From Trypanosoma brucei (lineage: Eukaryota), in the NCBI GenBank assembly GCA_000002445.1, contig CM000208.1, positions 3,488,001 to 3,552,000 on the forward strand: DNA of 64,000 nt, in the 5' to 3' direction. The position numbers were made by a program, and so were the translations under genes. Position 1 is the first letter of the stretch. Each line of letters starts with the position of its first letter. The notes beneath the pieces were generated by a model that was not told the DNA's origin, did not search any database, and saw only the letters and a list, made by a program, of their open reading frames with translations. Of this stretch, positions 21,276 through 31,236 are shown piece after piece.

Positions 21276-22433
21276 CTATTCACCGTTCCGCCGTCTCTCC
21301 TCCTCTATCGCATCTTCCCATTCAAGATCCTCCATTATGCTCTCCGACTGCCGCAGTGCAGCTGGAAGGCGCGAAAGGACGAAGCCTACTGCGCAAAGTA
21401 ACACAATGGTCTCACCCCACAGTCCAATATATTCCTGCATGAAGTCCAGCCACGAAATTATCACACGGTATTTAAACGTTCCAAGCGTCATCTCCTGTCC
21501 CCATCCACCACTGCGAGCACTGGTATACCGCATATGCTCTGGAGGCTTTATCCCATAGAGAAGATAGTAATTACGTGCCTCAGGGTTCACAAGAATGTCG
21601 TATGCATCCTTCAGCTCCTCAAGAACCATCGACCGGTCTTCCTCATTCTTCTCCGTCTCTTCCACTAATTTCTTTTTTGTTTCGTATGCTCTCTTCAGTT
21701 CAGTGGGGTCGACTGAGCGTGCGTCCTTCGTATCCTTCGTGTCCAGCAAAACACTGAAAAGTTCACGGTCTACCTGAGAGGCAAGGCGATTGTACGCAAG
21801 CTCCACCTGTTGATTATTGGCTTCGCACGCACGACCACAGTGAACCAGCTGCCCTCGCGCATCCTGATGTTCTTTATACGCCTTACGGATTTCCTGCCGG
21901 ATGCGGTAGTTCTCCCGCCGTCGTTCCTTGTCAAGGTCCTCTCCACCTGCCTCATCAGCAGCAGCTCCGGTAGATTTCGGACGGATTCTCCCCTTCACAC
22001 CCAATATTTCGTAATAGCTCTCCGCTTCACTTGGAGTGACGGCACCATCATGAGTCGGATTGACCTCACCGAACCCTTTGCCACTCTCAATCTGAGGTGG
22101 CTCCAGGTTAAACTCCACGTCATACTTCGCTAACGCAAGCAACGAAATGGCAATCACTACCGCTACGGAGAAAAAAATGCGAAACATAGAGCCAGAATTT
22201 TCATGCTCGCCTACGACAGCATCCCACTCGGCTTGAGTGATTATACCACGGTTGGGGTCCCGTCGAGAGTAGCGGTTGGTATTAGCAAACCGTGAATTGG
22301 GCCGCTGCACACCATACATGGCGTTGTGCCGTGCAAACACATCCTCCCGAGCAGCACGAGCCGCGCTCTCCTCCAGCTTGTTACGCCGCTCCTGAGCCTG
22401 CTGCTGCCGTATTTGCGCTGCTCGAGGTATCAT
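21276..22433 (-). CDS. hypothetical membrane protein with a split or atypical J-domain-like sequence (copy 1 of 2)
   Basis: 385 aa from the first ATG at 22433. The track start is TTG. It has an N-terminal TM helix (MFRIFFSVAVVIAISLLAL), then YYEILGV ... KRAYETKKKLV ... AYDILVNPEARNYY reminiscent of J-domain helices II and IV, and a C-terminal TM segment. It is 99.7% identical to 37321-38478. Confidence 0.5.
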   Translation of the reverse strand: MIPRAAQIRQQQAQERRNKLEESAARAAREDVFARHNAMYGVQRPNSRFANTNRYSRRDPNRGIITQAEWDAVVGEHENSGSMFRIFFSVAVVIAISLLALAKYDVEFNLEPPQIESGKGFGEVNPTHDGAVTPSEAESYYEILGVKGRIRPKSTGAAADEAGGEDLDKERRRENYRIRQEIRKAYKEHQDARGQLVHCGRACEANNQQVELAYNRLASQVDRELFSVLLDTKDTKDARSVDPTELKRAYETKKKLVEETEKNEEDRSMVLEELKDAYDILVNPEARNYYLLYGIKPPEHMRYTSARSGGWGQEMTLGTFKYRVIISWLDFMQEYIGLWGETIVLLCAVGFVLSRLPAALRQSESIMEDLEWEDAIEEERRRNGE

Positions 22434-22943
22434 ACTTAGCAACTTAGAGCTACACTCCCCATTAGTAACAAATTAAAAACAGGATTCAAGGAAGAAGAGG
22501 GGGAAAAAAAAAAGAAACGGTGATACGACGGGGAAAATAATCGAAGGAAAGCAGTTTGGTGCGGAAATAGGATTGCGCAAACAATCGCAATGTAGTCGCC
22601 CACATACCACACAGTCAGTTACGTCCCTGTTATTACGTAAAATGATTAACGTCGATCATATAAATGATTTCATTATTCTTTTATTTTCCCCCACTCATAC
22701 AGAAAACTTCCATTTACTTCCGTTGCATATTCATCTTTCTTCTCTTGCCTTATAATAGTTTTTCTCGCTGTTATTCGCTGGTCCCTTCTTAATGTTCGTT
22801 TCCCCTCCCCACTCCAACCCGGGCGTAGGAAACGTGAAACACAAACATATAATCTCAGATCACACAGTCAGACAAAGAGCTCCCCACGCAGCCTCTCCCA
22901 CCAAACGTGGCTTTCCTACATCCTTTTGTCCACATTCCTATTC

Positions 22944-23630
22944 CTATTGCGGGGGGGATTTGTAGTAACCTGTAACCACAGCGTGGTCACGCTCGAACGG
23001 TTCCAGCGAGGCCTGTTCCTTCGGTCTCAGCCCTGAGTCCTTCAGCTTCTGCACCTCCGATGCAAAAACAGTAGCAGAGTCCGCTGTCGAATCAATGCAA
23101 TTGGCCTTTATCGAAATAACAAAACCACCGTTCTGTTTCAAAAAGTGTTGTGCATTCAGAGCTAATATTCGCGCCTGGTCGGGTTGAGCAACATCCATAA
23201 AGATGCAGTCTACCAAACGCGGTATCAGCATCCGATATTTCTGCGGGTAGCGGGCATCCTCAAGGATCGGGACAATATTACTCCGACGTTTCGACATCTC
23301 CTCCAGGTCACGCCCGCTACGGTGTGAGAACTCCACAGCGTACACAACACCCTCCGGACCCACCAAATCAGACACATGACTAACAGTTGTCCCACTGGCA
23401 GCACCCAGGTATAACACTGTTGAGCCCGGTTCCATGTATATCTGAGCAACACCAGCGTAAATCGCCGCCGCAAGTTTCGACCGGTATGGATTCCACACGC
23501 GGAACTCGCAGGACTCGGTCTCTCCGGCAATTGTACCGCTTACGCGCTTCTCACCGTATATGGAGACACCAGGTACGAGTGACTTTGTGGCAAGAGTGTC
23601 TTTACCCGCAAGGAGGTAGCAGCCACGCAT
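22944..23630 (-). CDS. fibrillarin paralogue lacking the N-terminal GAR domain, a truncated copy and possible pseudogene
   Basis: The fibrillarin methyltransferase core is 100% identical in protein to 38988-39902, over 239 aa. The internal Met codon of the full copy is GTG here (23661-23663) and an in-frame TAA lies 11 codons upstream. The first ATG is at 23630 ([11 protein letters not shown]...). Confidence 0.5.
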   Translation of the reverse strand: MRGCYLLAGKDTLATKSLVPGVSIYGEKRVSGTIAGETESCEFRVWNPYRSKLAAAIYAGVAQIYMEPGSTVLYLGAASGTTVSHVSDLVGPEGVVYAVEFSHRSGRDLEEMSKRRSNIVPILEDARYPQKYRMLIPRLVDCIFMDVAQPDQARILALNAQHFLKQNGGFVISIKANCIDSTADSATVFASEVQKLKDSGLRPKEQASLEPFERDHAVVTGYYKSPPQ

Positions 23631-24060
23631 ACGAGCATGGGGTTGAAATATGTTGCCCTTCACCCCACCGCCGGCTTTGCCTCCGCCTCGTCCGCCAAAT
23701 TATTATACTACCAGTTAATGAAAACATTAACAATTTCGGTGCTACAACATTGTTCTTACGATATCTTATTATTTTCTGATGGGCGATTGTACTGTACAGG
23801 AGTCGTGGGGGGTATATATGAGAAAAAAGAGAGAGGAAAAAGGATAGGGTGTCGACCGCAACAAAAAAAAAAAGCAAAAGCCGTCCAAAAATTATGAGCG
23901 TGTACAAAAATGATCCAAATCCTTTGGCAACCGAAGTATGTAAAAGAAATAGCTGAGGCGATAGGTAAACCCCCGAGCCATACCGATGTATTGTCTGCAA
24001 CACATTCGTAATGTTCGGTGACGATATGGACCCTTTCCCGTTACTCAGCATACTTCTACG

Positions 24061-24723
24061 TCACGTGTTTGAGCGCCCACGCTTCCTAAACACTCGGTGA
24101 AGGGAACGAAGTCTTCTATACTGTTTAACTTCATCACTTTCCTGATCCAGAATCAGGTGGACGGCGAAACTGGTTGCTCCACAAAACGGGCAAACCGATG
24201 CGGGATCGTCATCCACGGGGCAATCCTTTTTTGCAGCAGCTGGTTTCCCAACAGACTCATTCACCGCAGCGCAAGCCACAACGTGCCCGCAAGACCAAAA
24301 CCCAAGAAATTGGTGAAGACCTGAGGCAGAGTCATAACCTGTTACTGGGCACCGAATAAGCACCTTTCTGTCCTTCCCCTCCTCTACGTTCGACACCTCA
24401 CACACATCAGATAGTTTCGATATTTTCATATCGCTGTTCAAATCGCTACTGCTCTGCTTATGGAGTGAACGTTTCTCCAATATGTTATCCAACACCGCCT
24501 TCTTTGAATACAGGCGTCCATAAAGATCAAAAACAACCGGAAGCTGCAGCGGCTCCAGTGACAGACCACAATGCGACCACCGCAAAACCTTTTCCTCCTT
24601 TAATTTTCGCGTCGTTTCTCCTCCACCATTGTCCCCTTTCCGCAGCTCATCAGCGGTGAGGAACACACGTGACTTTTCTAATATCCGCCGCTTGTTTGAG
24701 AGTGCTTGGCCATCGCCGCCCAT
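24061..24723 (-). CDS. Rtf2-family RING-finger protein (replication termination factor 2 / RTFDC1-like)
   Basis: Begins MGGDGQA..., which is conserved in Rtf2 proteins. WSHCGLSLEPLQLPVVFDLYGRLYSKKAV and LIRCPVTGYD...FWSCGHVVACAAV...CPFCG match the C2HC2 Rtf2 RING-like domain. ATG at 24721-24723. Confidence 0.6.
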   Translation of the reverse strand: MGGDGQALSNKRRILEKSRVFLTADELRKGDNGGGETTRKLKEEKVLRWSHCGLSLEPLQLPVVFDLYGRLYSKKAVLDNILEKRSLHKQSSSDLNSDMKISKLSDVCEVSNVEEGKDRKVLIRCPVTGYDSASGLHQFLGFWSCGHVVACAAVNESVGKPAAAKKDCPVDDDPASVCPFCGATSFAVHLILDQESDEVKQYRRLRSLHRVFRKRGRSNT

Positions 24724-25112
24724 CGGGGTATAACTTCATAATCATGCATCAGGGGAAACCAATGCCAAATTAAAAAAAAACAAAGATGGCAACGGTGGAG
24801 AGCAGTTTTGTTTGGCAGTGACGGTAGGACAATCAAAGGGGCACGGCGTCCCGAAAACGACTAAGAGCATCCACCGGTACAAAATGTTGCAGAGGGTACA
24901 CGAATAACAAGAAGGTTTGGCTAAACACATGCATACACAGAGAAGGGGAGAAATACATAAAGGTAAGGGAGGCGAGAGATCCATCAACGTTGGCACTGGA
25001 TGGTCGCCACTCACTATGCTCAAAAACAAACAAAAAACTTACTGAGGGCCCCACTACAATCTTTCTTCCATTCCGGCAGTTGATTCCTCACACCTACCGT
25101 CACTTCGCCAAC

Positions 25113-25487
25113 TCATTCACCAAGACGAATATTCAATAACGGAAAACGCAAAGCTGCCGGTTCAAAGTCGTAGTAAACCGTCACCTCATGATGCGGAATA
25201 TCCTCCTCAGAGGTCATTAGTAGTGCCGACGGAGGGGTTAACCCGAACGCCTCACGCAGCGACTGTTTGAAGTTGCGCACGATAAACCCAGGCTCGACAC
25301 GGTTGAGCCACATTCGAAAACCGTCACTTATTGCCCCTCCATGGTGCTCCTTGATTCTCTCCGCCACTCCGTAAAGTTCAAAATTCCAGTCACAGTTAAA
25401 CTGGTCATCAAAGGCGGACACGCCCACCATTCTGTGGTGAACCACAACATTTGTATATTCTCCCCTCGGCACCGTAAGTCCAGTCAT
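25113..25487 (-). CDS. small hypothetical protein (about 124 aa)
   Basis: An ORF in a gene-dense stretch on the minus strand. The track start is TTG and the first ATG is at 25487 (MTGLTVPRGEY...). No family recognised. Confidence 0.35.
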   Translation of the reverse strand: MTGLTVPRGEYTNVVVHHRMVGVSAFDDQFNCDWNFELYGVAERIKEHHGGAISDGFRMWLNRVEPGFIVRNFKQSLREAFGLTPPSALLMTSEEDIPHHEVTVYYDFEPAALRFPLLNIRLGE

Positions 25488-25770
25488 TCTATGAACGCGA
25501 TCCAACAAGCATACACGTATGGCAGCCAGTCGCTAAAACGCTAGCCTACCTCAATAATACTAACGCTAACAGCAAAAACAATGTTCATACACACCATTAA
25601 ATGAGGGAAAGTTGAGAGAAATTTTTCACTCGGATGCATAGCAGGTTCCACATCTGGCACTACTTATTAGTACACGTATATACGGTACGATACATACAGA
25701 GAGGCACGCATATAAGGCAAGCACAACAAAAGGTGGAGGGTGAAAAGATAATAAAAATCAGACTGCGCCA

Positions 25771-26946
25771 TCATCTGTCTTCAGTTCTCTGCTTGTCATC
25801 AACTGCCCCAAGCAACTTTGACTCCAAAAACGAAAACCGCGCCTCCAACGCGTCAAACCGCCCCGATATCTTTTTGTCCATGTTCTCCAGCATCGTCATG
25901 ATGTTTATCATAGTGGCTGAGATAAGCGGTTGCTCTGGCTCCGTATTCCCCTTCCCGCACGACGTCTGGTAGCTTACACTCGAGCCGGCTATGGGCATGG
26001 CCTCGGAGGAGGAATGCTGCGACAAAGCGGAACGGTCGAGCGGGAGGGGTTCCAGGTATACAACAGGGTCCCAAATAACTCGAACCAAATAGAGTGAATC
26101 CACAGAACTTGTGTACACGCACAGCCGCCACCGCTCATGCCGTCCTCTGTATTGGCACTCGTCAGTACAAAAAAATGTCGCTCGGTGATACGCGCTTCCC
26201 TCGTGAACTAATACCTTTTTGCTGCCGAGGGTAAAGGTCCACTTGTGGCCTAAAAAGGTTTCCTCATTGGGGGTAAATATCTCCGCTCGCGTGACGTATG
26301 TCATGCCGTTCCAGGAAGACGTGGGATGCTGGGCAGATGGACCGATGTAACACTTCTGAAGCTCCACATTGGCCGTCTCGAGACTAGACAGTAGCCCCAA
26401 TATGTCACGCTCGCCAATAAGGGGCGAGTTCCCCCAGTAAGGTGTTTCACAGTCCGTGTTACCCTGCTGGGGGGTAACCACTGTCGGTATCCTGTAGCGC
26501 TTGCCGGAAAAATGCATAACCGAATCATCTCCACTGCAACAAGAAAGATTCGTTTGCGGTCCGCGATCGACGGGCTCGGGACCATACTTCCCAACGAGTA
26601 TTGCCATCAATTGTTCTTCCTTCCCCTTATATGCAGCCAAATATTCCGATATTCTGCTCAGATTCTTTGGGTTGTACTGCTCGTAAAAGCGATGAAGTCG
26701 TTGATAGTACCTCGTGCAAGCGTCCCCATCCACACCAGATTGCTTCTCGTGGGCATAGCCGGAGTTACTCTCCCGCGACTCCCAAGCACTCTCAGTTAAA
26801 TTCGAGTGCATCCCTGATCGCACGCTGCACAGCAGTTGCTGAGGAGGAATATTTGAAGGGGGAGAACCACTTGAAGGAGTTGTGTTGCACTCCCGGTTAT
26901 GCGGCTTCGCACACTCGTCTGTTTCGGGGGGCGACAGGCCCTCCAT
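25771..26946 (-). CDS. hypothetical protein (391 aa) containing a YEQYNPKNLSRISEYLAAYKGKEEQLMAILVGKYGPEP motif
   Basis: Clean ATG at 26944-26946. Long ORF with a Ser/Pro-rich N-terminus. The internal motif looks like a conserved helical module, but I cannot assign it to a named family from memory. Confidence 0.45.
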   Translation of the reverse strand: MEGLSPPETDECAKPHNRECNTTPSSGSPPSNIPPQQLLCSVRSGMHSNLTESAWESRESNSGYAHEKQSGVDGDACTRYYQRLHRFYEQYNPKNLSRISEYLAAYKGKEEQLMAILVGKYGPEPVDRGPQTNLSCCSGDDSVMHFSGKRYRIPTVVTPQQGNTDCETPYWGNSPLIGERDILGLLSSLETANVELQKCYIGPSAQHPTSSWNGMTYVTRAEIFTPNEETFLGHKWTFTLGSKKVLVHEGSAYHRATFFCTDECQYRGRHERWRLCVYTSSVDSLYLVRVIWDPVVYLEPLPLDRSALSQHSSSEAMPIAGSSVSYQTSCGKGNTEPEQPLISATMINIMTMLENMDKKISGRFDALEARFSFLESKLLGAVDDKQRTEDR

Positions 26947-28511
26947 GGAGGTAAGGTTTTCTTTCCCTCAGGTTTCAAAAGGGTCAGCCTCCCCCTCATG
27001 CACATATTCCAAGTAGCACCCAGTAACCAAAGTAAAAAAAAAAGAAATTAGCGGTACCGGCATGCATGCAAAGGAGATGAACAACCGATGCAAAGCGGCA
27101 GTTCAGATACGACCGTACAAATATGAGGCCAGAGAGTTATGACAACGCACAAATGCACGGGGGCGAAGCATTGGCCACCTTCGCTGCCCCGGTAGAGCCT
27201 CCAAGTGGAAACCAGCATATTATTCGACCCACACAACCCCAATCGAAGAAAAGGAATCAAAAAGAGGGACAACGGGAAATAGAAAACCAGAAGACAAAAT
27301 GCAATTCCAGTATCCGTCAAGGATTTAAAATCCATGAATCGGCGCATAAAGGGCAGCACCTCACCGAGGGAAACGGAAAAAAAAAGTCCATCATGGCATG
27401 GAACTGAGCGATTTTCCAGTTTTTTTTTTATTTTTATTCTGCACAGCGCATGGTGGCTGAGTTCATTGCTGTCACGTTCTTCAAACCGGCCTGAGTCAAT
27501 CCCCCTCCTGAGAAAACAACAGCAGGACCTCTCCAATACCCCACGGCCGCTAAACCGTATACTCCACTTCGTGTTAGACATATTGTTGCTACTAAAACAT
27601 TAGACGCATAACCGCTTGTAGAATCCGCTACCTCACTTGGTGGGCCCGAAAATGTGAAATCATTCCAGTGGCCGTCCCATTGCTCAAACTGCGCTTAACC
27701 TCACACACTCCTCCACCGGGCGAAACCGCGTGGAGAGATACAGATAATCCATTAACATCCGTCATCGGCTTAATCCACCTCGTGAAAGCACTGCGCTGGT
27801 CTGCGTATCGGGCAAAGACTCAACAAAGAAGGTAACTCAATCACCTCCTTCCACCTGCTGCGGCAAAACACAAGCAAGACGCATCAACACTTAAGCAAAT
27901 GAACAGAGAGATGAAAAAAAAATTTTTAAAAAAGAAAGAAGAAACGTGAAGACATATCGAGTTAATAAATTTTTTTTTTTAAAGTCAAACTCATTTATCC
28001 TCAACCGCGCCTCCCCCTCCAGCCCCGCGACTTTCCCCTCGCGAAGTCAACAACCGTTGGGGGGAGAAAGAAAAACGCTGCGGAATTGGCGCAAGTTGCC
28101 AAGGTGCAGAAATGAGAATTAAGGTGGTGAACACATGTTAATTTTACTCGGTAATTATTCCGCGCTTCAAAAAGAAAATAAACCTTCTCGCCTTACTCCC
28201 ATCATCATTCTTAGCCCCCCTCGCATGAAACACCGCTGCAACCCACCGACCCTCCCCCAACTATTCAGATGTTGGAATACGGAGAACTGGTTAGGAGAGG
28301 GAAGATCTCGGTTTTTTTTCTCAATTCCCCACACTCCTGTCATGCGTCTTCACCCTTCTTAGGAATTCTCAAATGCATCCACTCTCTCGTCACTCTTTTT
28401 GTGTCTTATTGCAGGCTCACAATGGCCTCGACGCTTACACCACCAGGCCCCCTGAGTTGCACAATGAGACAAGCCAAGAAGGTACGAAATGCAACAGCCG
28501 AACCACAATTA

Positions 28512-29435
28512 TCAATCGCGGAATACTGAGTCCAATGGGTTCGGTTCCGGCGCGGGATTTAGCGCCTTGTGAATCTTTGATTTCGCTTTAACGGCCTCGT
28601 TCATGTGTACCTTCTCCAGCCGCCGCGTCTTCCTGTCGCGACGCTGCTCCGTGGGGGTCCTGGCCAGCGCATTTTTCCAAATGACGTTCCCCTTGAAGCA
28701 CCCGTTGAATATGGACGTCGGCTCCAACGTAAAACGTGGTCCAATTTCCATCAATGACTTTGGCTCCGTGTCAATTATCTGGTAGTGACGGAACCATATG
28801 TGTCCATCAAGGTAGAAAAAGCACAAAATGTGGTCAACAAACGGCTTAGATCTTGGGTGATACCGTGGGGTATTGAATGTCATTTGGAGAAGCGACTTCA
28901 CGACCCGTAGGTGTGGTTGGGTCTCAAAATCCCTGTCAAAGTGGAGGAGCGGCCTACTATACTTCAAGCAGTTTCCAGCCATGCGTAGTTCATCTGCCGT
29001 GTGAACATTTGTTAATTGCATCTTCACACTGGGACCCCGCGGAGCCTGAGCAATCCAAAGGTAACTGATATCCTGGCGGTGAGCCTCAATAAAGAGTGAA
29101 CTATTGCACTGGTGAAGCTCGCAAAGTTCAATCACACTATCTCCTAGGCCACCAGTACGACCAAGCTTCGGGTGCTCCCGAGCGTGCGGCATTAAATTCC
29201 GAATGTCAAGAAGAAGATGGCGGTCTCGACTAGATATATTACGGGAGCCCAAAACTAGGCACTTCTGCCGGTTTGTCATCCGCTTATCCGTTGTTGCGCG
29301 TTTCAACTGCATTTCGCCGATCATTGACTCCTCCACCACACCCCTTTCCCCATGAACTTCTTGCTTTGTTTCCTGGGTCCCTCCATGTTCCTCACTTGAA
29401 TCGGCGAGCCGCTGACGTTTCTCCCTCTTAACCAT
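28512..29435 (-). CDS. Brix-domain ribosome-biogenesis protein (BRX1 / RPF / IMP4 family)
   Basis: 307 aa. ATG at 29433-29435. The Brix-domain core is RDRHLLLDIRNLMPHAREHPKL...SSLFIEAHRQDISYLWIAQAPRGPSVKMQLTNVHT...RPLLHFDRDFETQPHLRVVKSLLQMTF...HILCFFYLDGHIWFRHYQI. Basic N- and C-terminal extensions. Confidence 0.75.
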   Translation of the reverse strand: MVKREKRQRLADSSEEHGGTQETKQEVHGERGVVEESMIGEMQLKRATTDKRMTNRQKCLVLGSRNISSRDRHLLLDIRNLMPHAREHPKLGRTGGLGDSVIELCELHQCNSSLFIEAHRQDISYLWIAQAPRGPSVKMQLTNVHTADELRMAGNCLKYSRPLLHFDRDFETQPHLRVVKSLLQMTFNTPRYHPRSKPFVDHILCFFYLDGHIWFRHYQIIDTEPKSLMEIGPRFTLEPTSIFNGCFKGNVIWKNALARTPTEQRRDRKTRRLEKVHMNEAVKAKSKIHKALNPAPEPNPLDSVFRD

Positions 29436-29788
29436 TGACTACTTCCTTCTTTGCAAACAACCTTTTCCACCGCAACACTTTCACAAGTCAATTTAGAAGA
29501 GATAAGATACAATATGAAAGAGACCTGAAACCTCTTTAAACAAATATGGACACGCATTTGCATTATGTGGGCGCAACCCCTGTGCATCAAAAGCCGATAT
29601 TCATCACCAGTCCTCCCAGAGCAAAAAGTTTTTTATTCCTTTTAAAAAAGGCACTGCGCTCATAACAGTAAGAGGAAGAAAAAGCTGGTCTGAGAAGCAA
29701 AGAACAAACCGAACAGGGTTGTGCAACTATTACGGTAGCAAGCATCACCACCCTCTACGTGCCTCCGTATACACAGGGGACAACATTT

Positions 29789-30760
29789 TCATATGACGTC
29801 AAACTGCATGAGAAAAAAACCTACTAAGGACATAATGAGTAAGATGCAACAAACGTATAAGAAAACACTCATTGGCTTCATTTCCTTAACGAGCTTCTTC
29901 AGGCGTACGTTCAGAGTGTGCAGCTGCTCGGTTTGTTTATTCATGACCTGTTCCGTGTTATCTAAATGCTTATTTTGCATATCAATCTGCCCGCCAATCT
30001 CCAGTGCTAGGGTATGCAACCTAGACACTCCCTTTGAAACTACTTCAAGAGAATTTTGTATTTTCTTGTCCTGGGCCGCAATTGTCTTCATCGCCTCCGC
30101 CGTGTCCTCGTGATCCTCCAAGCGGCCTCCACCCACCGTGTCGTCTTCAAGGTTAGCCCCCGCGTACGGATCAACATGACCACCACCGTCCTTTTTGTCT
30201 CGCCACAATGAGCCAAGTTCGCCACGAAGTTGAGCCCTACGACCGACAAGCAATTCCTGACCCACATTCACCCCGCTCGTTGCAGCAATTCGCTGGTGAT
30301 CAGACTCCTTTACCAGCTCCAGAGTAGCAAGACAATCCTTATATTGTCCAGATTTGGCAGAATGTGCCTTCTCCAACAAAGCAATCTTGTGTGGTTTCGC
30401 TTTCTTCCTTCTGGTTTCCTTTTCAAGGGCAGCACCGGACTTATTCACTTCTTGCTTCATTTCTTCCAGTATAGTTTCAAGGTTTCTTATGTCTTTATGT
30501 ATGGCAAGTGATTGTTCCACAGCTATTCGGTCCTGACCGTGGCGCGCAGCGCCCTCATTGCGTTCCTTAATATTTTCCTTAACTCGCTCGACGCAGCGAA
30601 TGAACGCTAACGTCAAATCACGAAAGGGGTCGCCGGTCGTTTCTATCTCTTTGGGCTCATCCGTACGGCCCGCACGCTCACGCACACGGCGGATCCTCTT
30701 TATTGTCTCCCGCAGCATGGCACGCATGAAGCCATCCCTGTTGGGTAAGTAATTAGGCAT
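29789..30760 (-). CDS. Qc (or Qb)-SNARE-like tail-anchored protein (syntaxin 6/8-like SNARE motif)
   Basis: 323 aa. ATG at 30758-30760. A C-terminal heptad SNARE motif LHTLALEIGGQIDMQNKHLDNTEQVMNKQTEQLHTLNVRLKKLV with a central Q. It is followed by a single TM anchor (VFLYVCCILLIMSLVGFFLM) at the extreme C-terminus. Confidence 0.5.
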   Translation of the reverse strand: MPNYLPNRDGFMRAMLRETIKRIRRVRERAGRTDEPKEIETTGDPFRDLTLAFIRCVERVKENIKERNEGAARHGQDRIAVEQSLAIHKDIRNLETILEEMKQEVNKSGAALEKETRRKKAKPHKIALLEKAHSAKSGQYKDCLATLELVKESDHQRIAATSGVNVGQELLVGRRAQLRGELGSLWRDKKDGGGHVDPYAGANLEDDTVGGGRLEDHEDTAEAMKTIAAQDKKIQNSLEVVSKGVSRLHTLALEIGGQIDMQNKHLDNTEQVMNKQTEQLHTLNVRLKKLVKEMKPMSVFLYVCCILLIMSLVGFFLMQFDVI

Positions 30761-31236
30761 TTCCTGCTCTCAATAAACCCCTACACAACCAACTGCAGAA
30801 CAAGAATATATATATATATATATATATAGTTAAAAGCAAAAATGATAAAGCGTTTGCACGGGTGAATGGAGCGGAAATGTACCACACAAAAAACTGCCGA
30901 GCCTCCAACAAGAAAACAGCACACCACCTACACACTTATCGCTGTAACCAATCGACAGATATATTAACACTGTAAACCGCGAGGTGTTGTAAAGAACCTT
31001 TCTTATTAGATATACAGAGAAAAAAAACGGGAACCGCAAAGGGAAAAGAAAGTAAAACGCCCGCGTCGTTCGATTCATTCCTTGGATTGCCCATCACTTT
31101 TCTCTCCTTAAGGTGGAACATTCTTCCCTCACTCCTTTCATTGGCCTTTTTCTCTTTCGTCTCCCCATTCCTTTACTATTTCCCCTCTCCCTTGCTCGTG
31201 CGGACCCGCGCCCCCAGCTCCCATACTGGAAAACGA

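Larger units (their letters stand above)
20578..23694. repeat. segmental duplication copy A1 (about 3.1 kb, more than 99% identical to 36623-39738)
   Basis: Direct comparison of the two stretches shows only about 6 substitutions and a 1 bp indel in a G/A homopolymer. The flanks on both sides are unrelated. Confidence 0.9.

Noticed and set aside
27048-27581. 177 aa minus-strand ORF in the 1.5 kb gap between the hypothetical gene and the Brix gene
   Set aside because: Cys/Leu-rich low-information translation with no domain. No in-frame ATG was checked. Not supportable as a gene.
28541-28575. gggttcggttccggcgcggg, T-arm-like sequence
   Set aside because: It lies inside the Brix-domain CDS reading frame and has no cloverleaf context.
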